A stretch of 64,000 bases of DNA, from the NCBI GenBank assembly GCA_964543475.1, contig CAZIYJ010000012.1, positions 25,951-89,950 on the forward strand, written 5' to 3'. The position numbers and the translations under genes were made by a program. Below are positions 20,144 through 29,835 of this stretch, piece by piece. This DNA comes from an uncultured Bdellovibrionales bacterium (GTDB taxonomy: Bacteria > Bdellovibrionota > Bdellovibrionia > Bdellovibrionales > JAMPXM01). Numbering within the stretch: the first letter of the stretch is position 1; each line of letters begins with the position of its first letter. Below the pieces are notes generated by a model that worked only from the letters and a program-made list of their open reading frames with translations, had not been told where the DNA came from and searched no databases.

Positions 20144-20558
20144 CAAGAATGTAGATGACTAGAATGTCCGTCAAATGATGAATCATTTGATCAAAGCCGA
20201 GCGAAACCCAAAAAGAAGACTTATTAGGATCATTGAAGCGACCTAAGTAACGAGGGCCCGCTTTTAAGCGATCCATCGTAAAGTGCACGCAGAAGTCGAC
20301 AATTGATAGCCACCAGTAAGATGGATCAACGACCAAACAAATGACTAATGTAAATCCGCTATGAATAAGGCAATGAAGCGAAAGTGGAATAACAAAGTTC
20401 CATGCTGGCGAAACTTTATATTTCAACATGAAGTTGAATTGAAGTGGGAAGTCAGCAAGGAAGTGTTTAATGTGAAACACAACAAGCAACGCAAAAGTGA
20501 GTCTTAATTGATCGTTCAAAAGATTATCGATCAAGTTGATACTCCTCTGCCTCATCAA
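20136..20558 (-). CDS. DUF3307 family membrane protein
   Basis: FHIKHFLADFPLQ motif and four hydrophobic segments. Confidence 0.55.
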   Translation of the reverse strand: MMRQRSINLIDNLLNDQLRLTFALLVVFHIKHFLADFPLQFNFMLKYKVSPAWNFVIPLSLHCLIHSGFTLVICLVVDPSYWWLSIVDFCVHFTMDRLKAGPRYLGRFNDPNKSSFWVSLGFDQMIHHLTDILVIYILVT

Positions 20559-20982
20559 GCCTTGTATTCGCTATCGCGCGCTCAATCTCTTTTTGAATTT
20601 TGACAAATTCTTTTCTGATAGCTTCTTTTTCTCGTTCTTTTTCTGCCGCTTCATTCGCTAGCATTCTTTCAATAAACTCTTCAGTTGGCTTCTTTCGCTC
20701 TTCGCGTTTTAGCCATTCTGCATAGATTTTTCTTGCTTGTTCGAACTCAGCATCTTCTCTTAATTTTTTAGTTTGATAGTTTGGAATGTCACCGATGCGT
20801 TCGCGCTCAATTTGCTCGAGATATTTGGTAAATCGGCGGAAGTCAGCAGCTCGTTCAGTTTCAAATTTCACTTGGCGGCTGTAGGCCTCAGATTCTCCCT
20901 GTGCTTTGAAAGTGCAAAGCAAGGCGAGCATCAGCACGATGCTGCATAAAACTCGTTGGTGTAATCTCAGGTTGCTATCCAC
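20524..20982 (-). CDS. Hypothetical secreted charged/coiled-coil protein
   Basis: Signal peptide followed by an E/K/R-rich helical sequence. No family recognised. Confidence 0.4.
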   Translation of the reverse strand: MDSNLRLHQRVLCSIVLMLALLCTFKAQGESEAYSRQVKFETERAADFRRFTKYLEQIERERIGDIPNYQTKKLREDAEFEQARKIYAEWLKREERKKPTEEFIERMLANEAAEKEREKEAIRKEFVKIQKEIERAIANTRLDEAEEYQLDR

Positions 20983-21132
20983 GGTGTATCTCCGATAAAC
21001 CTATCGGCCAATAGTAGATTAAATATGAACTTAACAAGGAACTTAACATCAGCCACTTCCGGCCAAAGTCCAGGCATGCTAAAGTTATGTTTCAAAAAAT
21101 GTCTCAGGGTGAGGCAAAGCTGTGGAGAGTAA

Positions 21133-22155
21133 ATGGAGTTCCTTTACGAACTAGGTATTTTCGCTACTAAAACTAGCCTGATAATTCTCGCTATACTCAT
21201 TGTTCTCGTAGCTATATTTAATCTGGCTGCGCGCAATCGATCCCGACAAAGGCAGGAGCTTTCTGTCGATAAACTTAACGATCACTACAATTGGCTTCGC
21301 GATGTGCTTCATTCGCAAATTCTCGACAAAAAAGAATTTAAAAATATAAAGAAGCTCGAGAAAAAAGAAAAGAAAGCAAAAAAACAAGAGGCCAACCGCA
21401 ATCGCTTGTTCGTTTTAAATTTCGAAGGCGACATCAAGGCAACGGCAGTAGGATCACTTCGCGAAGAAATCACTTCGATTTTAACTCTTGCGAAACCGGG
21501 CGATGAAGTTGTTATGAAACTTGAAAGTCCTGGCGGAATGGTGAGCCAGTATGGCTTGGCTGCGTCTCAGCTGCGCCGGCTTCGAGATGCGAAAATTCCC
21601 CTCACCGTTTGCGTAGATACTGTAGCTGCAAGTGGTGGCTATATGATGGCATGTGTGGCTGATAAAATTTTGGCAGCCCCTTTTGCGGTCGTTGGTTCGA
21701 TTGGAGTAGTTGCAGGCGTTCCAAATTTCCATCGGTTGCTTGAGCGAAACAATGTTGATTACCAAGAATTCACTGCCGGCGAATTTAAGCGAACAGTTTC
21801 AACTTTTGGTGAAGTGACGCCCGCAGGTGTTGAAAAATTCAAATCGCAAATTGAGGAGATTCATTCACTATTCAAAAGTTTCGTTTCTACAAATCGTCCC
21901 GCAATCGACATCAAGAAAGTTTCAACTGGCGAATACTGGTATGGTTCGCACGCCGTTGAACTTGGGCTAATTGATCAGATTACGACAAGCGATGACTATC
22001 TCTTTTCGAAGGCAAAAGAGGCTGATCTTTATGAGATTTGCTACAGCCACCCTGAAAAAATGAGCGATCGGTTAATCAAAAGATTGGCCGAGGCCGGTGA
22101 ACTCGCTTTGATTCGAGCTTTTGGTTTTGTAAGGCGTTCTCGCTACGGAATCTAG
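21133..22155 (+). CDS. sohB: Peptidase S49 family protease SohB
   Basis: N-terminal TM helix, a lysine-rich linker, and an S49 core with VAASGGYMMA (Ser nucleophile region). The 340-aa length is typical of SohB. Confidence 0.8.
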   Translation: MEFLYELGIFATKTSLIILAILIVLVAIFNLAARNRSRQRQELSVDKLNDHYNWLRDVLHSQILDKKEFKNIKKLEKKEKKAKKQEANRNRLFVLNFEGDIKATAVGSLREEITSILTLAKPGDEVVMKLESPGGMVSQYGLAASQLRRLRDAKIPLTVCVDTVAASGGYMMACVADKILAAPFAVVGSIGVVAGVPNFHRLLERNNVDYQEFTAGEFKRTVSTFGEVTPAGVEKFKSQIEEIHSLFKSFVSTNRPAIDIKKVSTGEYWYGSHAVELGLIDQITTSDDYLFSKAKEADLYEICYSHPEKMSDRLIKRLAEAGELALIRAFGFVRRSRYGI

Positions 22156-22215
22156 GACGCTGCGCCGTCCTACCTGCTTGCCAACCCAATTAGGCACTAT
22201 TACTTCTATGTAGAG

Positions 22216-24039
22216 ATGCGTCATCGCTGTCGTCTTTGGGGGACTGGCTTGCAATTTATCGCTTTGATTTTCTGTCTAATAATTTCTCCGAAGGCCCTGA
22301 GCTCATCAGTCGATGATTTGTTTTTTGATAGTCTTCGCAATGCCAATTTGCAAATCACAAAATTTGAGTCGTGCAACCTCGATGGAATTTCAGGAGACAA
22401 TCAAGGAAGCGTTCCCGTTGAATGGCGTCCAAATGGTGTGGGCAATTATGTTCAGCCGGCGGCATGCACAGCAGCGACGCTAGAGAATGCGATCATCGCC
22501 GCACCTACTTCGACTCTCAAAAGGCATGCGATTACGACTTTCTTTAATGTGTGCGAGAAGAGATTAGGTCAATTTCATCATACAAATGCCCGAGCCATGG
22601 CGATGTTTGCCGGAGCAAGATACGCCTACTGTAACCACCCTCGTGTACGGCGACTTAATTTAAAGTTCGATGATGGTACAAAGCTCGGCGGCATCATTGC
22701 GATGCAACCGGCCGACAAGAATGGCGTCAATCAACCGAGACCTTTAGTAATTTATAAGTGCGGAGTCTTTTGCGAAGTTGAAGATAGCTCAACGAAGCTG
22801 ATGGTCATGCATATGTTCGACCAAGCTCCTTTTAACGTAATTGCCGTCGGCAACAATACGAGCGCCAACTATGCAGCTGACAATAATCATTTAGCTCTCG
22901 GTGGCTACGATGATGGCATGCAACTCTTGCGTATTGCGCGCATCGTGCGTAATTCGCCTCTTTCAAAACTAACTTCAAGCATTCATGTAATCGGCATGAG
23001 CCTAGGCGGACACGCATCGTTGATGAGCTCTTATCTTAACGAGCATAACCTCGACACGATGAGCGTACCTTATTTCTCAAGCGCTCTTGCACTTTGTCCA
23101 GTTGTCGACTTAAAGCCATCTGTTGATTATTTGTTTGCCGATACGGTCCGCGGAAAAGTTTCACGTGAAGTTCTAATGCGAAACGTGGCTAAGAAAAAAG
23201 CTGAGTCTCCGCTACTAAGCGAATTTTATGAGAAGCTAGATCAAATTCCTCGCACGAGTATGATCCCGGATATGATTGCTGGATACTCTTCGAGTTACTA
23301 CTCTCGGCAACCTCAAGAATGGACGCTGCCTCCGCTTGATAAGCATCCAATTAATTCAGTTGAATCACTCTGGGATCATAACAACTTTTTTAAATATTTC
23401 AAAACACCGCTATCGACTCCGACTTTAGTTTTCTCTGCACTTACTGACTGGGTGGTTAATCCAGCGCCGAACGCTGTTAAACTTCATCGGTTTCTCAATG
23501 CAAGTAACTTGAAAACAGAATTGAAAACAGTTTTGGTGCCAAACGGAAATCACTGCGCCTTCGCTCCCGCCTATGGTTTCGATACGATTTCAAAACTTTA
23601 CTCAAGCTATGTCATGGCACATTCGCCTGAAATGCTTGCGCGAAAGCATCTAGTGAAAGCTGAGATCGATGGGCAGAAAATTTTTTCTGGCAAGCTCGCA
23701 CTAAAAAAAGATGAGCGATACGTTCGGGCCGTTCTAGAACTCAAGGCCATGCAGGACACCGCAAAAATCACAGTTGATATTTGGGGTTCTGATTCGTTTT
23801 TCGATAAACGATGCCTGCTCCTGAGTGTTTACGACGGGCGCTCTTCATGTCTTCGCCAAGCCGAAGCAACTATTCCACTTTCAGATCTGGGCTCATGGAC
23901 AAAGATTCCTTCGACTGAAGCTGAGGCCGAGCAACTCACTCGCTGGGCAAACGCAAACCTTCGCTACGTCTCTGCCGACGGCATACCAATGGTTGGCTCA
24001 AACCAAACACCTTCGGCTCTCCTCTGGCCCGAATACTAA
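22216..24039 (+). CDS. Hypothetical secreted protein, possible alpha/beta-hydrolase fold
   Basis: Signal-like N-terminus. A single GxSxG element (VIGMSLGGHAS) and a late NGNHCAF. Otherwise unrecognised. Confidence 0.35.
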   Translation: MRHRCRLWGTGLQFIALIFCLIISPKALSSSVDDLFFDSLRNANLQITKFESCNLDGISGDNQGSVPVEWRPNGVGNYVQPAACTAATLENAIIAAPTSTLKRHAITTFFNVCEKRLGQFHHTNARAMAMFAGARYAYCNHPRVRRLNLKFDDGTKLGGIIAMQPADKNGVNQPRPLVIYKCGVFCEVEDSSTKLMVMHMFDQAPFNVIAVGNNTSANYAADNNHLALGGYDDGMQLLRIARIVRNSPLSKLTSSIHVIGMSLGGHASLMSSYLNEHNLDTMSVPYFSSALALCPVVDLKPSVDYLFADTVRGKVSREVLMRNVAKKKAESPLLSEFYEKLDQIPRTSMIPDMIAGYSSSYYSRQPQEWTLPPLDKHPINSVESLWDHNNFFKYFKTPLSTPTLVFSALTDWVVNPAPNAVKLHRFLNASNLKTELKTVLVPNGNHCAFAPAYGFDTISKLYSSYVMAHSPEMLARKHLVKAEIDGQKIFSGKLALKKDERYVRAVLELKAMQDTAKITVDIWGSDSFFDKRCLLLSVYDGRSSCLRQAEATIPLSDLGSWTKIPSTEAEAEQLTRWANANLRYVSADGIPMVGSNQTPSALLWPEY

Positions 24040-24779
24040 AGAATGTCGCTGATGATGCCGCGAACGCCGAGCTCTTTTAGTTGATCAGCGCGCGCTTGAT
24101 CGTTCACTGTCCAAACGTAAACAGGAATATTTCGAGAATTGAAGTCTCGCATGCGAGTCTTCGTGATCATAGAGTTTGCAAGATTCAGAGCATGAGGTTT
24201 TGCGAGAAATGCAAACCACATTCGGCGTAAATAAATTGGATTTTTTGACCCAGGCTCTTCGTGAACAAGAAGTGCTCGAGGAACCAAAGGCACAAGCTTC
24301 GCCATTCTCATTAAGCTAAATGGGTTAAAGCTAGAAACAATCACTCTTGACCGAGCACCCGCTTTATCAATCGCTTCAGCCACTGCTTTTTCTAAACCGA
24401 TGTCTTTTACATTATGACCTTTGATCTCGATGTTCACGAGAGTAGGACATTTTGGATCACTCAACACTTCAGACAACCTTGGAACTTGTCCCTTTTCCCA
24501 AAGCTCGGCAGCGGTTAGATCACATACACGCAAATCTAATCCTTGAAGCCGTTTCAATGTTTCATCGTGATTAACGACAGCCACCAAGTCTTTGGACAAA
24601 CGAACATCAAGCTCAACCATTGTTGAGCCTTGAGTTTTCGCAAGCCTGAATGCCTCTAGGGTATTTTCACGCACGCCAGAGTCTCGCCATTGCCCGCGGT
24701 GCCGTTGTATCCAGGGAAGCTGCGGAGCCGTCGAGGGCCAAGGCTGCGGCCGCCATAAGCTTGATAGCCCTATTCGCAT
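24036..24779 (-). CDS. Glycerophosphodiester phosphodiesterase family protein
   Basis: HRGQW..ENTLEAFRLA, VELDVRLSKDLVAVVNHDETL and C-terminal WTVND match the GDPD signature. Confidence 0.8.
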   Translation of the reverse strand: MRIGLSSLWRPQPWPSTAPQLPWIQRHRGQWRDSGVRENTLEAFRLAKTQGSTMVELDVRLSKDLVAVVNHDETLKRLQGLDLRVCDLTAAELWEKGQVPRLSEVLSDPKCPTLVNIEIKGHNVKDIGLEKAVAEAIDKAGARSRVIVSSFNPFSLMRMAKLVPLVPRALLVHEEPGSKNPIYLRRMWFAFLAKPHALNLANSMITKTRMRDFNSRNIPVYVWTVNDQARADQLKELGVRGIISDIL

Positions 24780-24877
24780 GAGATGCCTTCAAGTTGAGCT
24801 ATAGAAATAATTCCCCCGAACCCAAAGTTTAAGAAAATTTATTGACCAATACAAGGCCGGTAGACGAAAAGAGTCTC

Positions 24878-25126
24878 ATGCAGCGCATATCTCAAGCCCC
24901 TATCGTTGACCAGTCTCTTGCTTACCTTGCCGGAGTGGTGACCGTTTTGTTTTTTGGGCTAGCTGCATTTGCGGTAAGTTCAGCTGACCTTGATTTATCA
25001 CTCAACTTGAACGACGACGTAAAAGTTGAAGCCGCTCAATTCCCTTCTGGAAATGATCCAGAAATGGATATCTTCGCCGCTGGTTGCAACGGCAAATCTG
25101 CAAATACTCTTTGCGAAATTCGATAA
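24878..25126 (+). CDS. Hypothetical small membrane protein
   Basis: One TM helix (LAGVVTVLFFGLAAFAV). ATG 24878 is preferred over the upstream TTG. Weak support. Confidence 0.3.
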   Translation: MQRISQAPIVDQSLAYLAGVVTVLFFGLAAFAVSSADLDLSLNLNDDVKVEAAQFPSGNDPEMDIFAAGCNGKSANTLCEIR

Positions 25127-25130
25127 TTTT

Positions 25131-27116
25131 TTAGTTATTTGGTGTGAGTGTTGGATTCTGGGCTGAACCACTAATTACGAATTTTCTATTCGTGGCACCT
25201 GGTTCGATCGTCGTAAGTAACCCAGCAGCTTGTCGATTTGCTCTGATTTCACCTGTGCTTGTGATTTGAACCTTTGAGTTCGCAACCGTAAGGCTTGCGT
25301 TCTTCCAGCCCACTAAGCCCTGCTCAACTGAGATTTGTGATTTGATATTGGAAATTGGAATCCACTCTTCGTGTCTAGCAGGCGCGATATTGATGTCGCT
25401 TGCTACACGCTTGACCCACGACAGCCACTTGGCTTGCGGCGAAAGCTCCCCTGAAGCTGCCTGCGCTGAAATCTCAAATCGTCCTTTAGAAAACGAAGTC
25501 TCAACCACTGGTTTTAAAATTCTAAGTTGAGAGCCACTGTAAGCAACTGCCTGTACTTTTCCATTCCATGTCGCGATTTTATGCTCTCTAATCGCGAGCT
25601 GACCTTTAAGCGAAAGCTCCTCAAAAATTCCATCAGCCATAAGTCGCTCAATATTTGGATCAAGCGAGAGTTCACGAAGATCAAAATTTAAATTACCTGA
25701 AGCGAATTTTTTATCGAACGCGAATGTCGTTTCGCCGGTCGCTTTTCCCGGACTCATTGAAACATTAAATATCTTTCCGCTAACTTCGTCGTTAATTCGG
25801 TCAGCAGCGATTTCGACATTTTTGATTTTTTGAAAGGCGCGAACATTGCGGTTAGAGAAGTACACTTCTAAGTCTTCGATCGAACCACTGAAAGTTTGTT
25901 TGCTGCTTGAAACGTAGCTCAAAGTTCCTTGTAGTACTCCGAAAGAACTTAGAACTCCCGATGGTCCTTTTTCACTGAAGGTCTCTAAAAGATCTTCGAT
26001 GTTGAAATCCTTGATCTCGATATTAAATGGCTGCCAAACACCTACTTCGCTTCGCACAGCGGGACCAATATCAATTCGGCCAGCGTCTCCCTCAACCATA
26101 CAGTCTTCAACTTTGAGAGCTGTCTGCTTAAACAATTTTGGAAGCGGCCCCTCAGAACTTACTTCGCAGTTAAGCCACATGAACTTAGGTTGAAGTTTTG
26201 CATTAGAGAGCACACCTAATTTGCGCAAAAAGTCTGAGAAAATTGATAGCGGCATCGCTCCGGCCCGAACGATTACTTTTGCATTTGGCACCTTTGGATC
26301 TTGAGTTGGAGTGAGCTCGATGTCTGCACCGAGTTCTCCCTCATCAAACGAATTTCTTGCTTCAAGCTTTGCGACTTCAGAAGTTATGTTACCTTTTAAC
26401 TGAAGTGGTGGAAAAGCTTCTCCGTAAGTGAGCTCGGCAGGAAGAGATACTTCTCCGTCTAATAAAATGCTTTCGCCTTTGTGCCACACATAAAAGTAAG
26501 AAATTTGAACGAATTTTTTTGAGTTATCGAAGTACACCGAAGCGTTTCGAATATCGATGCCTGCAATTGCGTTTTGCACACGGGCCAAATCTTCAGACTT
26601 AAACCATGGCTTAACTTGTTGTGGGTCGCGAGTCACAGAGGCGACTGTGACTTCAGGTTCGCTCACTAATGATGCATTCATCTGCGAGCACTGCATGCGA
26701 TCGACACTTACATTCACGCTTTCTGCGATGACAGTTCCAAGTTGGACGTTGCCTGTGAAAAGTTTTAGCCAATCAATTGGCAAGATAAGCAAACCAGCGT
26801 CTGCGAATGGCTCGGTCACGCAAGGCGCAAAGTGCGAAACTTTAACTTCTGTAATGTCGATTGCAAACGTCGGAAAAATTGAGCGCGCTAAAGTTAAGCG
26901 CGCTGACCTGAAATCGATTTTGTAGGGAAGATCTTGTTGTGCGATTTGATGTCTAAGAAACTTTTCGATTCGAGGCGGAGAAAAATAGAGCCTGACACCC
27001 ATTCCGATGATGCCGGCCAGAAGTACACAGACGAAAATTGATTTGATTCTGGCTGCGACGCTGGCCCTAGCTTTGGGCTTAGCCGAAGCAGCCCTCATTG
27101 ATTGGCGCTTACTCAA
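25131..27116 (-). CDS. Large N-terminally anchored periplasmic protein, AsmA-like (tentative)
   Basis: Basic N-terminus plus one TM helix, then about 600 aa of beta-rich sequence. Its start overlaps the greA stop by 8 nt. The AsmA-like call rests on architecture only. Confidence 0.35.
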   Translation of the reverse strand: MSKRQSMRAASAKPKARASVAARIKSIFVCVLLAGIIGMGVRLYFSPPRIEKFLRHQIAQQDLPYKIDFRSARLTLARSIFPTFAIDITEVKVSHFAPCVTEPFADAGLLILPIDWLKLFTGNVQLGTVIAESVNVSVDRMQCSQMNASLVSEPEVTVASVTRDPQQVKPWFKSEDLARVQNAIAGIDIRNASVYFDNSKKFVQISYFYVWHKGESILLDGEVSLPAELTYGEAFPPLQLKGNITSEVAKLEARNSFDEGELGADIELTPTQDPKVPNAKVIVRAGAMPLSIFSDFLRKLGVLSNAKLQPKFMWLNCEVSSEGPLPKLFKQTALKVEDCMVEGDAGRIDIGPAVRSEVGVWQPFNIEIKDFNIEDLLETFSEKGPSGVLSSFGVLQGTLSYVSSSKQTFSGSIEDLEVYFSNRNVRAFQKIKNVEIAADRINDEVSGKIFNVSMSPGKATGETTFAFDKKFASGNLNFDLRELSLDPNIERLMADGIFEELSLKGQLAIREHKIATWNGKVQAVAYSGSQLRILKPVVETSFSKGRFEISAQAASGELSPQAKWLSWVKRVASDINIAPARHEEWIPISNIKSQISVEQGLVGWKNASLTVANSKVQITSTGEIRANRQAAGLLTTIEPGATNRKFVISGSAQNPTLTPNN

Positions 27117-27588
27117 AGTAGAATTTTAAAACCTCATACTCTTTGTCAGTTTTAGGACTTCGTACTTGGATTAGATCACCAGTCTTTTTTCCGATCAAGG
27201 CGCGTGCAACCGGAGAGATAATTGAAATCTTGCCAGCTTTTACGTCCGCTTCATCAACTCCAACGATTTGGTATTCAACTTTTTCGTCAGTCTCAAGATC
27301 AACCATCTGAACGTGAGCACCAAAAACGATGCGATCGGCTTTAATAGTCGAAGGGTCAATCACTTCTGCGCCAGCAATCTGACCTTGTACTTCAGCAATG
27401 CGACCTTCGATCATCGATTGGCGCTCTTTTGCAGCTTCGTACTCAGCGTTTTCTGAAATATCGCCGTGGCTGCGCGCTTCTTCGATCGCTTTAATAACAC
27501 TTGGGCGCTCTACGTGTAATAGACGCTTAAGTTCTTCTTCTAATTTAGCTTTGCCTTTAATAGTAATCGGCAATCGATCAGCTGACAT
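27109..27588 (-). CDS. greA: Transcription elongation factor GreA
   Basis: 159 aa. Coiled-coil N-domain with SHGDISENAEYEAAKERQ, and a C-terminal FKBP-like domain. Confidence 0.95.
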   Translation of the reverse strand: MSADRLPITIKGKAKLEEELKRLLHVERPSVIKAIEEARSHGDISENAEYEAAKERQSMIEGRIAEVQGQIAGAEVIDPSTIKADRIVFGAHVQMVDLETDEKVEYQIVGVDEADVKAGKISIISPVARALIGKKTGDLIQVRSPKTDKEYEVLKFYFE

Positions 27589-27597
27589 TCAAACTCC

Positions 27598-27637
27598 AAA
27601 AGGTAGCTGCTACCAGAGTGTAGCAATACTGCGTTAA
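27598..27637 (-). repeat. 40-nt repeated element, copy A (in the greA leader, sense to greA)
   Basis: The minus strand reads TTAACGCAGTATTGCTACACTCTGGTAGCAGCTACCTTTT. It is 38/40 identical to the + strand at 46913..46952. It contains the palindrome GGTAGC-A-GCTACC and a GCTAC/GTAGC hairpin. Confidence 0.85.
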
Positions 27638-27826
27638 CAGAACCGTAATGCGATTTCTGTAAAATGAAGCTCAGTGTTATACACACTGGTTTAGCGACCG
27701 GCAATCAAAAGCTCTAGCCCAGAACGCATAAATTCGATTTGACGAGTGCCTGTCCCTGTTATCTTGTGAAATTCTCATTTTAGCGATTTATCGGCTGGCG
27801 CTGTTTTCCGATGAGATTGAACTAGA

Positions 27827-28831
27827 ATGCTAAAAGACATCGCCCGCAAACTACATGCAGCACGCTCGATCATCCTCACTACTCACCGTCACTGCGATGG
27901 CGATGGCTTGGGCGCACAGATCGCACTCTTTCACGCGCTTAAAAAAGCCGGCAAGAAAGTCCGCGTTCTTAACGTCGACGACACTCCCAAAAAATATTCG
28001 TTCTTAGATACTTCGATCGTTCAAGCTTATGAAGGAGCGCACGACGCAATCACTGATGCCGATCTTGCGATCGTCTTCGATACTAACGATCACCGTTTAC
28101 TCGAGCCTCTTTTTGGCGACTTAAGAAAGCGCGACGTCGAAGTTTTGTTTATCGATCACCATCCGATTTTGAAAAAAGGTCCTGAACCAACAAAAGGTTC
28201 ATGGATTGACGCAAGCGCCGCAAGCACCGGCGAAATGGCGTTTCATTTAGTAAACGAACTCGGAATTAAACTCGACGCAAAGATCGCCCGCGCAATTTAC
28301 ACAGCAATTGTTTTCGATACGCAGCTCTTTAGGTTCGTTCGCAGCTCTCCGCAAACGCATTTGATCACGGCCGAATTGTTAAAGTATGACATTAAGGCTG
28401 AGGAGATACATCGCGGACTTTTCTCGAATTACTCTCCGCAAAAGATGGCCTTGCTTGCTACAGCTTTGAATCAAATCGAATACTTTAGTGACGGCAAGAT
28501 TGCGTTCTTGAAATTGAAGGCCCAGGACTTTAAGAACTTAGGCCTAGAGTCTGATGCCTCGCGCGACCTGATCGATTTTATCATGAACATTGAAACTCTC
28601 GAATGCGCCATCATCTTACGAGAAGATGCTCCAGAAACTTTTAAATTGAGTTTGAGGAGTAAGGGCCGTTTTGAGATCTCGCAAGTTGCCGAACGCTTAG
28701 GCGGCGGTGGCCACCCATTTTCTGCAGGAGCGACTTTGCTAGGACCCTATGATAAGGTCAAAGCAGATGTCTTAAAACTCTTAGAGGAATCGTTGGGTGG
28801 AGCCCGCTCCCCCGGTTATGAGTCAGCCTAA
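27827..28831 (+). CDS. nrnA: DHH/DHHA1 phosphoesterase (NrnA-like oligoribonuclease/pAp phosphatase)
   Basis: Motifs HRHCDGDGLGA, VFDTND, FIDHHP and C-terminal GGGGHPFSAGA. Confidence 0.8.
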   Translation: MLKDIARKLHAARSIILTTHRHCDGDGLGAQIALFHALKKAGKKVRVLNVDDTPKKYSFLDTSIVQAYEGAHDAITDADLAIVFDTNDHRLLEPLFGDLRKRDVEVLFIDHHPILKKGPEPTKGSWIDASAASTGEMAFHLVNELGIKLDAKIARAIYTAIVFDTQLFRFVRSSPQTHLITAELLKYDIKAEEIHRGLFSNYSPQKMALLATALNQIEYFSDGKIAFLKLKAQDFKNLGLESDASRDLIDFIMNIETLECAIILREDAPETFKLSLRSKGRFEISQVAERLGGGGHPFSAGATLLGPYDKVKADVLKLLEESLGGARSPGYESA

Positions 28832-29066
28832 AAACAAAAAAGATATTGTCTGTCTCTGTAACAACGTCGATCGCACGACGATTGAAGATGCTATTCGCAA
28901 CGGCGCAGACACTCTCAACAAAATCTTTGACCGCACAACTGCGGGAGTTGGTCCTTGCGGTGGCTCGTGTCGCCGCAAGCTCGGCCCCATGCTCGATTCT
29001 TATCTAACTTGCGGGGCTTTCCCTGTTCCGCAGCCGAAAAATCAGAACAAGAAAAAGCGCGCCTAA
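28818..29066 (+). CDS. bfd: BFD-like [2Fe-2S]-binding domain protein
   Basis: ATG 28818 overlaps the nrnA 3' end. Contains IVCLCNNV...GVGPCGGSCRRKL, giving two Cys pairs as in bacterioferritin-associated ferredoxin-like domains. Confidence 0.7.
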   Translation: MSQPKNKKDIVCLCNNVDRTTIEDAIRNGADTLNKIFDRTTAGVGPCGGSCRRKLGPMLDSYLTCGAFPVPQPKNQNKKKRA

Positions 29067-29068
29067 GC

Positions 29069-29509
29069 CTAGTCTTCGGTTTCAAAAATTTGGTCTATAC
29101 CAAACTCGTCGCCATAAACCTTTTTAAGCATCACAAGAGTCGCAAGCGTCGGATTCGAATCAACTTCCTCTAATCGTTGATAGCTATAGAGGTTATTGAG
29201 CGACAACTTCTCTTGAATCTGTTTTTGAGTGTAGCCATGCCTGAGTCGTAAATTTCTAATATTCACAGCCAAAGCAACTTTAGGATCGACAGGGATTGCT
29301 ATCACATTAGAAGGCTTTTTCTTAAAATCTTTTGGCGGCGGGAAGATAATCTTCGAGCTCTCGGGCTCCGACAAAAATAGATTCAGAGCTTCCCTCAAAT
29401 TCACTTCAAGCTTCTTTCTCGAGCTCGCCTGGCTAACACAACCCTTGATCTCAATACACTCAGCCCAAAAACCCGAGCCTTCTTTGTGGACTTTGAAGTG
29501 ATATTTCAT
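29069..29509 (-). CDS. hicB: HicB-family antitoxin with C-terminal XRE-type HTH
   Basis: N-terminus MKYHFKVHKEGSGFWAECIEIKGCVSQ (HicB fold). C-terminus NIRNLRLRHGYTQKQIQEKL (HTH). Overlaps hicA by 4 nt. Confidence 0.8.
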   Translation of the reverse strand: MKYHFKVHKEGSGFWAECIEIKGCVSQASSRKKLEVNLREALNLFLSEPESSKIIFPPPKDFKKKPSNVIAIPVDPKVALAVNIRNLRLRHGYTQKQIQEKLSLNNLYSYQRLEEVDSNPTLATLVMLKKVYGDEFGIDQIFETED

Positions 29510-29700
29510 TTCCGCCCCCTCAGTCGCTTAATAAGCTTGTGCTCTAGACCCGCCTTAAGCTCTTTATGCATCGGTATCGTTTCCCTGAGATCGCCTTTGC
29601 CCATGATCACATGCGACCCATTTTGCCTTAAAGCGAGCCAACCATTTTTTTCATAGAGCTTCTTCATTGCTCTCCCACTCATCGGCACTGGCAACTCCAT
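29506..29700 (-). CDS. hicA: HicA-family mRNA interferase toxin
   Basis: About 60 aa. SGRAMKKLYEKNGW...GSHVIM is the YcfA/HicA signature. ATG 29682 is an alternative start. Confidence 0.8.
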   Translation of the reverse strand: MELPVPMSGRAMKKLYEKNGWLALRQNGSHVIMGKGDLRETIPMHKELKAGLEHKLIKRLRGRK

Positions 29701-29703
29701 TAT

Positions 29704-29729
29704 AGTATACCAATTATAGTTGGTATACT
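29704..29729. promoter_or_regulatory. Perfect 10-bp inverted repeat, putative hicAB operator/promoter
   Basis: AGTATACCAA (29704-29713), TTATAG, TTGGTATACT (29720-29729), lying 4 nt upstream of the hicA ATG. The minus strand contains TATAAT within the spacer and arm. Confidence 0.5.
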
Positions 29730-29835
29730 GACTTTTAAATATTTATTTTTATCTGAGCGCAGAGGCTAATCTTAAATGCATAAGCAAATGCCGTACGAGC
29801 TCTACGACCCGCCAGAATGAATCTGAAGCCGCAAG

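Noticed and set aside
27598-27637. Sigma-54 (-24 GG / -12 GC) promoter inside the 40-nt element, because of TGGTAGCAGC.
   Set aside because: The spacing and the -12 TTGC element do not fit the TGGCAC-N5-TTGC consensus in either orientation.
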